A model generated the notes under the pieces. It worked only from the letters and a program-made list of their open reading frames with translations. It had not been told where the DNA came from and did no database searches. This document shows, piece after piece, positions 37,141 through 49,232 of a stretch of DNA of 64,000 nt. Position numbers and translations under genes: made by a program. The DNA is from Albugo candida (taxonomy: Eukaryota). The stretch lies in contig JBDOQK010000053.1 of NCBI GenBank assembly GCA_040437565.1, forward strand, positions 124,001 through 188,000, read 5' to 3'. Each line of letters starts with the position of its first letter. Position 1 is the first letter of the stretch.

Positions 37141-38774
37141 GCTTTAGTTTTATGGACCTTGCTTCCACCTCGATGCTTTTTAGTACGTTTTTCTACATTC
37201 GTGTCGCTTTTTGTGTGTATTGATGTGGTCCACACGAACGGATCATCATCTTGAGTACACATGAATGAGATCGTATATTGACTCAGACAAAGCTGGGTGG
37301 TACGATACGTTCCATTTTTAAATGAAAGTCACTTAGATAAGAATTCAGCTGAAAGGATTCCCGGCCAGCTTTTNNNNNNNNNNNNNNNNNNNNNNNNNNN
37401 NNNNNNNNNNNNNNNNNNNNNNNNNNNNNNNNNNNNNNNNNNNNNNNNNNNNNNNNNNNNNNNNNNNNNNNNNTAGCCTAGGCAACTAGAGAAGTCAGTT
37501 AGTCTAATTCTAGTAATATAGACACCTTCAACTGAGGTGTACCACCTAAAATCACGTCATCATCGCCAACGCTATTGAGCATTAACCTCGTCGGTTCGTT
37601 GATTCAAAAAAGAGTCAAAATTCAGCATCATTTATATTCATGGAGTGTGCCGGTTTCCGGCCCTGATAGTCTCTTGTGTGCAGTTCTCAGCGCAAGCAGT
37701 TATTCGATATGATCAGGAGTATACTTATTCTGCTCTTAGCCAGACAGCGATGATACGATGGAGCGTTTACGTTACAAAAGCGTATTATGCTGATATTTGA
37801 CATATGGTCAACACAATGCCGGCAGCGAAGCCCATGTAAACTGAATTGCACGCCATAGAAGACCTTTACACCAATCATTCCAAGCTAGATGCTTGGCTTA
37901 AGTTCTTTCGCATAGGTATAGCTAGATGCAAATTGATCAACAATTTCGTTTCTTAAGACATCGTCTTATATCAACGCAAATAGAGTCGAGACTGTTTCCA
38001 CAAGAATTTTTTGATAAGATTGTACGCTTCAGAATGAATCGAACTGTCAGGGAATACAAATATGTAAGATTCTGTCCGCTGCGCTTCATATAAAGTGCAC
38101 TGCATGCGCTACATGTTGAAAACGTATACTTGTCTTATGTTTGGCTGTATACATGCCTTTGGCAGATCAACAGACTTCAACAGGAAAGGATGATCCTTCT
38201 TGTGTGCATCTATCGAATGGATAACAAGAATTGAATTTGAGCTGTAAGTGTTCTAAAGCCATTCAAAGACAAATTTTGTCATATCTATAAGTTCCACAAT
38301 AAAACAAAGGCTTCTTTCATCATCTTTTGAAGGAAAAGCTTCCAAGATAACCGAAACTGCCCCAACAATACTCTAGAGATGACTGAGGAGTTCTGTATTC
38401 TCTGGCTTGCCTTCTGAAACGTGTCGACCGTGTTGAAATAAATCCTGCACACCTGAAAGTTGAGCTCACGTACTCACGTACTCGTTGAATGACTGGACCC
38501 GAGGGGGATGCATTTTCGATCGCTTTACTTATGTAAACCCAGCAATAGCAGATCTCGTTATCAGCTAATAAACTAAACCTTCTGATTGCATTTTTGACCA
38601 AGCTGGGAAGTGACACGTATCCATTACGCATGCGACACGTTTGACATGGCCTCGTCAACACAATTGACCAAATGATGACTCATGGGCACTACGGCTAACG
38701 AACGTTCCTGTGAATGCACAGTGATCAGCTGAAGTAAGGTAACACCTTGTGCTTTGTGCGAGCCATTCGAATGG

Positions 38775-38792
38775 TTCATTTCGCAATTACCC
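38775..38792 (+). promoter_or_regulatory. Oomycete INR/FPR-like core promoter element
   Basis: TTCATTTCGCAATTACCC starts ~30 bp upstream of ATG 38806 and resembles the oomycete consensus TCATTYYNCAWTTT. Confidence 0.5.
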
Positions 38793-38805
38793 ATTACATA
38801 ATCGC

Positions 38806-39543
38806 ATGAAGCCTTCAGACTGGATCACCTACTTGACATTAGCGACACACTCTTCCTATCTGGTCATCTATGGGCAGACAGCAATTGCACCGGAAGGCGA
38901 TCTTGACCAGGTCTGTGTGGGGCTACATAAAAGACAACGCGCTTCTGTCGGACTTGGGGAGCTCTCCTGGAATGCAGACCTGGAGAAACGTTCGAAGGAC
39001 ATTGCAGCGTCTCGGTCTCAACAGGTCACAGGCGGGGTAACGAGTCTTTCAGACCACAGCTTGCCACAATCAAATGACGGATTAACGGCTTCTGACAAAC
39101 AAACCTGTGCTGTGTTCACAGGCGAAAGTTGGGCTGCTATTGAAACAAAATTTAGCTCCGACATAACACAATTGAGAGCACTAATTCCACAATGGACGTA
39201 TACGGCAACTGTTGCCCAGCAATACGAATCCGTGTCAATGGCCATTTGGTGGTCTCACACAAAAGTCGGCTGTGATGTCGGGAAAATTCAATTGACGTGC
39301 TGTTATGATACAATAGGGAATATTCTCAATGAACAAATCGTCAAAGCGAATCCGGTGAACGTGTCCTCCATAGTGAATACGGTGCTCACATCAACACCCG
39401 AATCAATCGGGAACGGAATCAAGAATGTGGCAGATGACACGGTAAAAAATACCGGGGATTTTGTAGTGAAAACCGCGCAAGAGGAGGTCAACAAAAGGGC
39501 GAACGATTTCATAGATAAGTTTAATCCATTCAAGCGCCGGTGA
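38806..39543 (+). CDS. Secreted CAP/SCP/PR-1 superfamily protein, divergent
   Basis: Hydrophobic N-terminus, then LHKRQRASVGLGELSWNADLEKRS, GESWA and MAIWWSHTKVGC...LTCCYDTIGN (CAP motifs), followed by a C-terminal helical tail. Intronless. Confidence 0.82.
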   Translation: MKPSDWITYLTLATHSSYLVIYGQTAIAPEGDLDQVCVGLHKRQRASVGLGELSWNADLEKRSKDIAASRSQQVTGGVTSLSDHSLPQSNDGLTASDKQTCAVFTGESWAAIETKFSSDITQLRALIPQWTYTATVAQQYESVSMAIWWSHTKVGCDVGKIQLTCCYDTIGNILNEQIVKANPVNVSSIVNTVLTSTPESIGNGIKNVADDTVKNTGDFVVKTAQEEVNKRANDFIDKFNPFKRR

Positions 39544-39660
39544 CTTTCATTCGAGCATCCGACTCACTCCTTTCACCAGTAGCTCTATATGATTGTATCA
39601 TCTTTAAATACAGCATGAAATTAAATTTTTCCAATTATCTTTTTGAGCAACCAACTTCGA

Positions 39661-40626
39661 GATGTGTCTGAGTGTGGCCACAGATAGCTTGTTGAAGGCC
39701 CACGCATGTTGAGATTTGGCATATTTGCTGTATTTACGCATCAAGAATGTCAGTGTAGCATGCAGCCAATGAGGTAATTAGCCATACAAAGATACGATAC
39801 AGATGCATCGAACGCAGACATATAGAAATGCGAGTCGGAATTCTCGAGACGTCGACAATAAACAACATGGAATGAGACTTGTACATTGTTTCTGACGTTT
39901 CCATTCGTGCCTCTCCACGTGAAAAGAACATTATGAGTCGATTTCAGACCTGACAATTTGTTTCTCGGGAGATGGATACTCATTTTTATTATACTCTGTC
40001 CCTGGTATCTGGCGACTTGGAGCAGTGAATTGGTCGGCATAAAACGTCGTAGGTATATCCGTGCATCATTGAACCTCGTTTCATAGTACTTAATNNNNNN
40101 NNNNNNNNNNNNNNNNNNNNNNNNNNNNNNNNNNNNNNNNNNNNNNNNNNNNNNNNNNNNNNNNNNNNNNNNNNNNNNNNNNNNNNNNNNNNNNATGTGT
40201 CTGAGTGTGGCCACAGATAGCTTGTTGAAGGCCCACGCATGTTGAGATTTGGCATATTTGTTGTATTTACGCATCAAGAATGTCAGTGTAGTATGCAGCC
40301 AATGAGGTAATTAGCCATACAAAGATACGATACAGATGCAGCGATCGCAGACATATAAAAATGCGAGTCGGAGTTCTCGAGACGTCGGCAATAAACAACA
40401 TGGAGTGAGACTTGTACATTGTTTCTGACGTTTCCATTCGTGCCTCTCCACGTGAAAAGAACATTATGAGTCGATTTCAGACCTGACAATTTGTTTCTCG
40501 GGAGATGGATTCTCATTTTTATTATACTCTGTCCCTGGTATCTGGCGACTTGGAGCAGTGGATTGGTCGGCATAAAACGTCGTAGGTATATCCGTGCATC
40601 ATTGAACCTCGTTTCATAGTACTTAA
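39661..40626. repeat. ~430-bp direct duplicate flanking an N-gap, with about 10 substitutions
   Basis: 39662-40094 and 40195-40626 are colinear but differ at about 10 positions counted by eye. Confidence 0.85.
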
Positions 40627-42349
40627 TCTCTGGACATCTTTTCCTCCAAATGAGACTCGTGTAACCGCTCTTCCTTCATTCTGAGCAATACGTCTGAGAC
40701 CGCAATACTAACGGGGGTAGTAAGGCTCCCTTCTACTCTCAAGGCGATTGACTGACAGAAGTCAGGCTGTGTGACAGTCAAAATGGCTTTTCACAGTTGA
40801 GAGGGCTTCTGATCCAAATATTCGTGAACACCACATCCTGCTGTAGGCAAATATCACAGCATCTCATCCACCCACGTCTATCCCATAGACCTGCAAATGC
40901 CTATCAGCCTCTCCTCCCCCACATATACTGACACTGGTAACATCCAAACGAGGCCAACCAAGCACGTTTGCAGTAGTATAGAATTCCCCGTGATTCCATC
41001 TTAACAACAACCGAATCGGTACGGTATGGTGAATTCTCGAGCTCAAGACCCTAATTTGTCTATAGTCGACAAATGGTTTACGTGCTGACACTTTCAATCT
41101 GACCCGTTCGTGATTTTGTATCGGTGGTAGAGATTTGAGGCATGTGGAAGCTTTACAATGATTTATCAGACATCTAAGTAACATTTTTGGCGATTGCAAA
41201 GAGCGAATTATTATTTCCGGAATTTCTATGAGCACCGATGCACAACTGGCGACGCTGTCACAAAATACGCTTACTCGATATACAGTGAAAAATGAATTTG
41301 TAGCGTGTCATGCTCGTGCCTCAGAATTACACCCGTTATCATTCGTACGATTTTTGTATTCGGATGATGGATGAACGACTTGTGTGCGATAGAATTGCTG
41401 GTAGCATACAAACTCCAATGGGCGAGATATCTGATTAGTGCAAGGAATTCGTTTCTCATCAAAGATGTTGGGATAAGTTCGATACTCTATTTTGAGATAG
41501 CCTAGACATACAGAGAAAGCAATTGATGAAAATCTCCAACTAGGTTCTCTTCAATGTACGGCAATCACTGAGTCCTGGCGATAGAACTGAGTAGATAATT
41601 CATTTGAAAGTCTTCTATCCGGTTCCGAGAGATAGGAAGCGTTGATGTGTTATCCATGTGGTCATTCTTAATGTATAGAAACGTAAATTAGGTGCGATAT
41701 GATCAGCGTAACATGGGCTATCATGCAAGAGACAACACCAACACAATTTGAAGCCATTTCATTTTGCAATCTCAATTATCTATGTCTCTGCAATGAAAGG
41801 TGCCGTCATGTTGGAGGATCAGTGATTGTCTCGAAACTCTGCCTTCTGACTTCTACAGACCTCTGTAAGGTGTTGTCATGATGTTAGTGCTGTAGTTTAC
41901 CTCCATCTTGGCAAAATAGTCACAGATCGCAGCCGATCATACTGATTTGCCTGTAAAAATAAAAAAACTGCTCAATTTAGATATGCGACCCAAGCAGTGT
42001 GCAGATATGATCACTATGGCTGGAACTGATCTTCTGAGCAAGTACCAAGGCAAAGGTAGCAGTAAGAGCTTGAACAAGCGACCCAATACAAAGATCACAT
42101 TCACGTCTGCCATTGACCGCATAATCCAAGCACGCACCACGATAGGTTGAGTCTCTTGATGCCACAATTTTTATATCATCTCAACTATTTAAAGCACCGG
42201 CTAAGAATCATCCTCGAGATCGTTTAAGGATACTTCGCAGTCAGTTATCGTACCAAGAGCGTCACAAATAATTCCCACCTATCCCCATGGCTGTGCAGAG
42301 AATAAATGTACATTCTTGGCTCTTAGAGGTGCCCACGTGAGTCGTTGTG

Positions 42350-42845
42350 AAATACAAATTTTCAAATGACAAAGTTGCCAACCTAAAGGTGGTATAGAAT
42401 CATGTAGTCGGTTGTCCCTGTATCCTGTTACCCTGATGATGCGTTCCATGCGTGAAGTACATCTAGATCAGAAAGGTCGCTACTCTATACAGTTATCAAG
42501 TATTCGCTCCTTTTTTGTGTATTATCTAACCCTTTAGGGGCGTGTAGTGCTATTCGTGTAATAGAAGTACAAATACAAATTTCAAAAGTTGTCAGCCGAT
42601 TTCGAAAGTGGTTAAAAAGTAAAGCACTCGTTTGTTGCGAATCCTAACACTCGGAAGGTACGCTTCGTTCGTGAAATACAAATCTTAGGTTACAAAAGTT
42701 GTTAGTCTTTGAAATTATCAAGATTAATCAAAGTAATCAACTCGCTTGTTTATATTCTGTAAGCTTGTAGATGTCTGTCTATCTATAGAATACAAATTCT
42801 GCAGTCCAAAAAGTTGCCAGCCTATGTACTTAACGAGGTTGAGCT
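42350..42845. repeat. ~100-115-bp tandem array upstream of paralog 4 (about 5 units, inverted)
   Basis: Reverse-complement anchors (aaaGTTGYY-like) at 42374, 42476, 42588, 42698 and 42813, most preceded by aatacaaat. Confidence 0.8.
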
Positions 42846-42960
42846 ACCTTGTTTCTCGCACGCATGGAAATAACGTGGATCCCAATCCATGAGTCCTACT
42901 TCGTGCGAAGTGAGTTTGAAGTGCTGTCAATGTCTTGAGCATTACTAATTCAGAGGAACA

Positions 42961-44121
42961 ATGAAAGGCCGCTTTCTCAGAACGTTAGGTCTTGCCGTGG
43001 GAGTCTTCCTTGCCCATGAACCTAGTGTGATTGCGATTCACGTGAGATTGATTCAAGCAAAATCGGCTCGGTCAACAGAATTTAAGAGAAGTATGCTACT
43101 TAAAATAGAACCTCATGTCGAATTCAACAAGAATGGAGCTCCTATAAAGTTCGATAATTGTGAAAAGACCATCTTCGACTTGACCCTGGTCATTGAGAAT
43201 GGGCCAATTCCGAAGACGGAATTGGTATGGACGAAAACACTCCGAGTAATGCTACCATTTCTTTTGCATAAATTCCATATAGAAGATTCATTCACGAAAT
43301 CAAACCAAGTGGAAACAACTGAAATTCTAAGTTATAAGCAAAATTCTGAAACATATTACATCGGCTGGAGACTGAATTGGAAATCCTTGAACATATTGGC
43401 CAAAGGAATAGGCTTCAACCATTACCCAGCCCCCTCTCTTGCCCTTGATGGATACGTTTCACAGCATTTCGGGCAATATACGTATGAATGGGTAAAAGGA
43501 AAGGGTCCTATCCTCAAGTTTGGAGAATCACAGGAGTTCCAACGTATTCACATGCGTTTCCCGAAGACGGTCATGCTATGTACACAAGTCCACTTTTTTC
43601 ATTCGCATCAAAACTGCCAGCGCGTGGACTTTCAGCTTCATCACGAAGCCACCAAAATTCCGCCAGAATATTTCAACCAAATCGGAAAGACATTTCGTAA
43701 TTTATTGCATCTGATGAATGGACGCTACCAGGGAAGCTGTCAAACGTTAATTCCCCACATCTCAAAAATCGATAGTCAACTCAACACTTACCTCAAATTG
43801 AAGTTAACGTGGTACAGGTACGGGAAAACGATGGCTTTAGAATTTGACTCGGCTCAATCAATAATGCAATCTGGGGACATTTGTACTCTACTACTCGAGA
43901 ATTCGAAGATGGAAGGAGAATGGAAACTCGGTTCTTCATTTCTGGGAGCTGTTGACATATTCCTCTACTTGACCCGTGATTCATCAAAAGATTACTTTAA
44001 GATGATACAAACAAACAGCGAGTGTATTTGGAATCTTGACCAGCTTTCGACGAATGGCAAAAGTGATCAGAATTACATAGACCCATCTGATACCAGCTAC
44101 AAATATACATTGCAAGCTTGA
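42961..44121 (+). CDS. Secreted pepsin-fold pseudo-protease, paralog 4
   Basis: 386 aa. N-terminus MKGRFLRTLGLAVGVFLAHEPSVIA|IH; motifs YYIGWRLNWKSL, EATKIPPEYF, NGRYQGSC and GDICTLLLE..WKLGSSFLGA; no DTG/DSG. Confidence 0.8.
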   Translation: MKGRFLRTLGLAVGVFLAHEPSVIAIHVRLIQAKSARSTEFKRSMLLKIEPHVEFNKNGAPIKFDNCEKTIFDLTLVIENGPIPKTELVWTKTLRVMLPFLLHKFHIEDSFTKSNQVETTEILSYKQNSETYYIGWRLNWKSLNILAKGIGFNHYPAPSLALDGYVSQHFGQYTYEWVKGKGPILKFGESQEFQRIHMRFPKTVMLCTQVHFFHSHQNCQRVDFQLHHEATKIPPEYFNQIGKTFRNLLHLMNGRYQGSCQTLIPHISKIDSQLNTYLKLKLTWYRYGKTMALEFDSAQSIMQSGDICTLLLENSKMEGEWKLGSSFLGAVDIFLYLTRDSSKDYFKMIQTNSECIWNLDQLSTNGKSDQNYIDPSDTSYKYTLQA

Positions 44122-47100
44122 TTTGAATGCATGTATGTCTAATTTCCTATCGCCGCTGCTTTCTCATGAAAAAGGGAGCAACTAATAAAACTCGAATAAT
44201 TTCTGACTAGTTTATCGATAGTAAAGAAACAATGAGCGTACAGAGCTGTGCAGAGAAATGACGTCTTAGCCAGAGCTCACACGAACGCTAAGCTAAAATA
44301 ATATTTGCATCCGAACGCGCTTCTGAGGCACAAATATGAGATAGGTCACCCATTGTATATCGCTGAAGACTCACGTAACGATTGCCGACTTGATCTTTGC
44401 TTCCGTGAATCACTTCTGTCTTTGCAAAATTGTACATTCAAGTGCAGCCATATCACGTGATATAGACAGAATCCCCAAATGTTTCTTATTCAGAAAACTT
44501 GAAGTTTTATCTTGTCGGACCACAAGCAGAAATAAAAATCGTTTTTCCTGCCTTCCAACAAGGGATCAGGATTGATCAGAGCAGATACCTGACTTCTTGA
44601 ATAACAGCACACGTTCCATGTTGCTCCACGTAAACTTCCGCGTTCCAGCATAGGATGTACGCTATCCAGCATTTTTTAAATAACGCCCGATTGTCCACAA
44701 GTGGTAAAACGAAGCTGAGAATCACAATCTTGGAGGGTACACTGACACGGTGGTGGTTTGCTGGTTCGCAATTACCTCACATAAGTAGAGGTACGACCAA
44801 ACTGAATTTCAAGTGTCGAATCGAATCAAATCAAATCCCAAGTAAATCGAATCAAATCCGAAATTATCACACAGCAGTGTCTCCGACGCATCGAAAACAA
44901 AGATAGTTCCATGTAACCATTCTCCAAGCACAATCGAACACACGTTGACCCACGCTTGTCCCCATGATTCCCGGTTGTTTATTTCGATACTGTTGTGTAT
45001 TTTCATCCAATGGATACTCTACCAGCAATAAAAAGCTTGCCGAGTGCACGCATACCGCGTGATGGGCTGTGAAAGACGCCATTTCTTATTCTTTGGCAAT
45101 ATTTGGTTGTGTCCGTTCCTATGGTTTCCCTTTGTGATCGTGACACAGAATTATGTACAGTACATGAAAGTGGTGATAGTGTGTAGATGGTGTGAGTGGG
45201 TGCACTTGATAAACGAAACGATTGTCAAATTCAATGCGTTTCTCCGTGTACTCATTGCAGCACAAATGCGTGCAAGAGTCCAATGTTCGTTCTAACCAGG
45301 CTACATTCCAATATTTCGCAATGAGAGGGTGACTTTGATTCTACTTACAAACATCCGAATGAAGAGAAGAGTACATCCTCACGATGTGCTCTATTCACGC
45401 AGAACCTCAGTTGATCTGGCGACGACGGAGAAATGGGAAGAATACCCTGTAAAAGATATTACATTTTTGAATGTACAGTGTTGCACGGAGGTGCCCACTT
45501 ATTACGTGCGTTACGTTAACTTGTCCGACTTTCAAACTTACCGTGTTCTAAAAGCAACCACGAGAGTATCCGGACATGCAAAAACATATTGGCTCTAACT
45601 GGTTACGTTCCCAAGCATTCGACATATGTATATACAAAAGAGCATTTAAGATTGAAAATTAAGCAAAGGGTATTCAAATTTAATATTGCAATGTATACTG
45701 TTCCTTTTTGTCCACAAAATCGATACCTCAATTGCGTTAACGACCAATTGCTTCAAAAAGTCGTCTTCATAGCTGACCCAAACTCGATAGCTTTTGGTTC
45801 GCCGGTATGGATATTAACATTTTGATCCAACAGAAAAAGTACCCACCATTTGATTTTCTTCCCTGAACTAACAAAGAAAAGAGTACAGAAATCACACAAA
45901 CTAACCATCCGGTGAGGTCATTTAGTTGATCACACAGTCCTCGCTTGCGTTTGCGTACTAACTACACTTTGAGATCACATAGGTATCCCCATCTTTGATC
46001 TGTCGAAAGATCCGAAGCGATATTCTGGATTCTTCGTTATCAAGTTGGTGTGTGACGCTTTAATCAACATGAACCACCGTCAAATTCGGATACCGATTTG
46101 CAGGAGTCCATAAACGAGAGCATTTATAGTCGTTGAGGATCCTCTGTGATCTCCAAAGGGACGTCTAGGACCTCCATCTTTCTACCGTTATAGTTCCCAT
46201 TCTATACGATCTGTCCCAAATTCGGAATCCTGCATCAATAATACCCCCATGTTGATTTTCATGCAGACCGTTGAATTAGTTCCATGAGTCGACCTCCACA
46301 TAATTCTAAATCATCTTCGATGTCGAGAAGCAAGTCATACAACTACTCTTTATACTTTGGTTGGCTGTATTGAAGATCCATTCGAAAAGATCAGAGCAGA
46401 GGGGGGACTTTCAAATCCGTGTCATGGTGCCCATGTGTTTGGATGAAGGCTGTGGAGATCAGTTTTACACGATGTGCGTTCGAAGAACTGGTCATGTGAT
46501 TGGACTGATCGTTATTTCTATAGAATCATTCTTGAATGATGATAACATGCTCGTTATTCCAACTACAATTCATCAAATACACAATACATGGAATCGCACC
46601 AATTACAACTAGCAGAGTATTGGCAGATTATTCACATTATTTACGTATGTGCATGGAAGTGTTTCAGGATTATTTCAAATCACAGGTTCTTTCTCACCTT
46701 CCTTTACTGTGCTCGTAGATGCGTCAGGTCGAGCCACGGCCAAGTCCTCGCCCGATACCTCTCCTCAGTAAGCTGGATTGATGGATAAACTGCCAAGAGG
46801 ATGAGGTGGAAAAAAAGTTGGATTTCAAGCAATTATCGACCCGGACCCGGCTGTAAATTTTTTGTGGAACCAAAAATTCATTGATCTGATACGATCTGAT
46901 CACGGTAATAATTTTGTGAGCTGGCAACTCGTGTATTCTATACTTCAATTTCCTGTTTTTTATGCTTTGTGTAATTAATCGTCCCACTTTGAATGTTACG
47001 CACTTCTGCGGTGATCAACATTCTGCTCCGATTGTTACATAAAAGAGATTCTTGTCAAAATTTGTGCGATTGATTCGAAAGAGCGTAACTTCACAACTGC

Positions 47101-48020
47101 TCTCAATACAATTTATTTTGTTCATCCGACAGAACGTTTACCGCTATTCGTTAATCTTCAACTGCTTGTGAAACCATCGTTAACTAAGACTTACTTTAAG
47201 ATTATATGTTCATAATCGAGACTTAGAGTTCGCTTTCAATGTGAGTTGCTTTGTACAAAACACTTCTCAGTTAGGCGTTAGATAATGTTGAGTGTGGACA
47301 CTTCCCAGTAACATTCGTTCGATAACACACCTTCGTGCAACACCTGTGCCGCGCCAACCACAAGCGATGCAAATTACCATCAAGGTTCGTTTGTGGCGCT
47401 TCTATATAATTACGCGCATCTTTCCTGATGTATACTTGTGCATTGCTAACGTTCTACTCCTCGTATCATTACTTTATCCTGAACCGTGTCGAACGCTCTC
47501 AGACTCTAACTGGACGAAAGGTAAATGGACGCGAAGCACATTAAATCCCCAGAAATAATATCTCCTAATCTCTGTAGCAAACATTTAATTTTGAAGGCGA
47601 GAATACCGTACGTGTTTCACTGTTCTTACTTATACCCCGTCAACATCGCTAACTCAAGTGTCTAATAGATCTTACACGTTAAAGAAGCTTTACAAGAAAA
47701 AGAAGGCATTCAAGTCAACCAGATCAGGTATTGCTGAAATACTCCCTCTCTTTATCAACCAGTGCTCATCCTTGCCGATAGATTGATTTATAGCGGAAGG
47801 CAACTGTACGTTGTTAGGAACATATTCACACAACCGTTTCTGATTGTTATAACAGATCAGATGATAAAACACTTCAAGATTACAATGTACTTGCCGGTGG
47901 TACCATCCATATGGTACTCCAGCTACGAGGCGGGCAGAAATTGCCTCAAAGCACAACATAACAAGAATCAGTTTCAGAATTACAATTATGATCGCAAGCT
48001 TGGCCGGCTCCAGTTCTTAC

Positions 48021-49025
48021 TCACTGAATATTGGCGCTCTCTCCAAGTTGCTGTTGAATCAAGGGTTCCAATTGATTTTTCTCAGCCAGAATTTTGAGCA
48101 GTTGAACAACAAATGGAATGTAATTATGCTTTCGACGTGCGTTTTCCAATACCCATTGCTTCTGCTTGTATTCTTCCTGACGTATCAGATCTTGATACTG
48201 AGTGATCGCATTCGAATTCTCTGGTGAACAACCTTGTGCCTGTAGTTTCTCAATTTCGTGTTGGTACACTTCAGAGCGGTTACGAATGAGTGCCAGAAGA
48301 TTGAATCGAATCTCTGAGGAAGCATACTTTTCAATACGCTTTTGTATCGTTGGACATGCAATATCGAGCCAGGCCGTGTTGCTCGAATTAGATGTTGCAG
48401 GAATGTGTCCGATGGCAATGGGCTCTTCCTGCAAGCCATCCAACTCGTATACCATTCCATTTACAGGGACATACGCGATGAAGTGATATACTTCGTCATC
48501 ATCCTTTTCCTGCTTTCGCTCCTCCATCACGAAAGGGTCGGGTCTTGCAAATGAATTGTGTGCTTGTCGAATGAGCTCACTATTAGAGATAGCCAATCCT
48601 TTTAAATCCGGTGGGAAATCCTTCGTGAACGATTTAAATTCGCGTAATGTATCGCCAATATCCAATTCGGCTGCGTTCAATACGATTGATAAGATCGCTT
48701 GAGTCGCACACGCGTTACTGATAACTTGTTTGGCAAAGAATAGATTCTCTGGAGGCGAATTGTTCAGTGCTTGTGTGGATGCTGTCTCTGGCGGAACGGC
48801 AGCTTGCGATTGCTCCCATTTAAACAGGAAAATCAAACCATACACCGGACTCATCGATTCGAATTGATCTCGATCCAGCGAATACAGCTCTTCCATTTGC
48901 GCTCCCTTGACCCCAATATCCTTGATCAATGCTGTAAACACTCCTACACAATCACTCAGTCACAAAGCAATAGGTACGTCTGTATGTAGCGTACCAGGAT
49001 CCGATTCAATCGTGCACCAAGACAT
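48021..49025 (-). CDS. UCHL5: Ubiquitin C-terminal hydrolase UCH37/UCHL5
   Basis: Exon 1 MSWCTIESDPG, intron 48944-48994. Then KQVISNACATQA, YHFIAYVP..YELDGL and ENARRKHNYIPF. Confidence 0.95.
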
Positions 49026-49232
49026 ATTGTTCTCGGAAACTTGGTAGTGTTTNNNNNNNNNNNNNNNNNNNNNNNNNNNNNNNNNNNNNNNNNNNNNNNN
49101 NNNNNNNNNNNNNNNNNNNNNNNNNNNNNNNNNNNNNNNNNNNNNNNNNNNNATTGTTCTCGGAAACTTGGTAGTGTTTGATAGCAAATCAGTTAAATAG
49201 TCGTGTTGTATACAAACTCATCGATTGGTAGA

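Larger units (their letters stand above)
30255..37373. repeat. Segmental-duplication cassette, copy C (most complete)
   Basis: Contains the shared downstream block, paralog 3, the motif, the array and the ESF1 relic; colinear with copies A and B. Confidence 0.85.
42200..45600. repeat. Segmental-duplication cassette, copy D (inverted)
   Basis: Reverse-complement homology to the array, motif and downstream blocks of copies A-C (e.g. gacgtcttagccagagctcacacgaacg at ~44260 versus 17121-17148 and 33361-33389). Confidence 0.8.

Noticed and set aside
40640-42170. Short ORFs as genes or a pseudogene
   Set aside because: No recognisable motifs; cannot be assigned without a search.
44815-44865. (AATCR)n micro-repeat
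   Set aside because: Short slippage expansion found in cassette D only; no evidence of function.
46900-46960. Lone gagctggcaact match to the array core
   Set aside because: Single short match with no periodic neighbours and no adjacent family gene.
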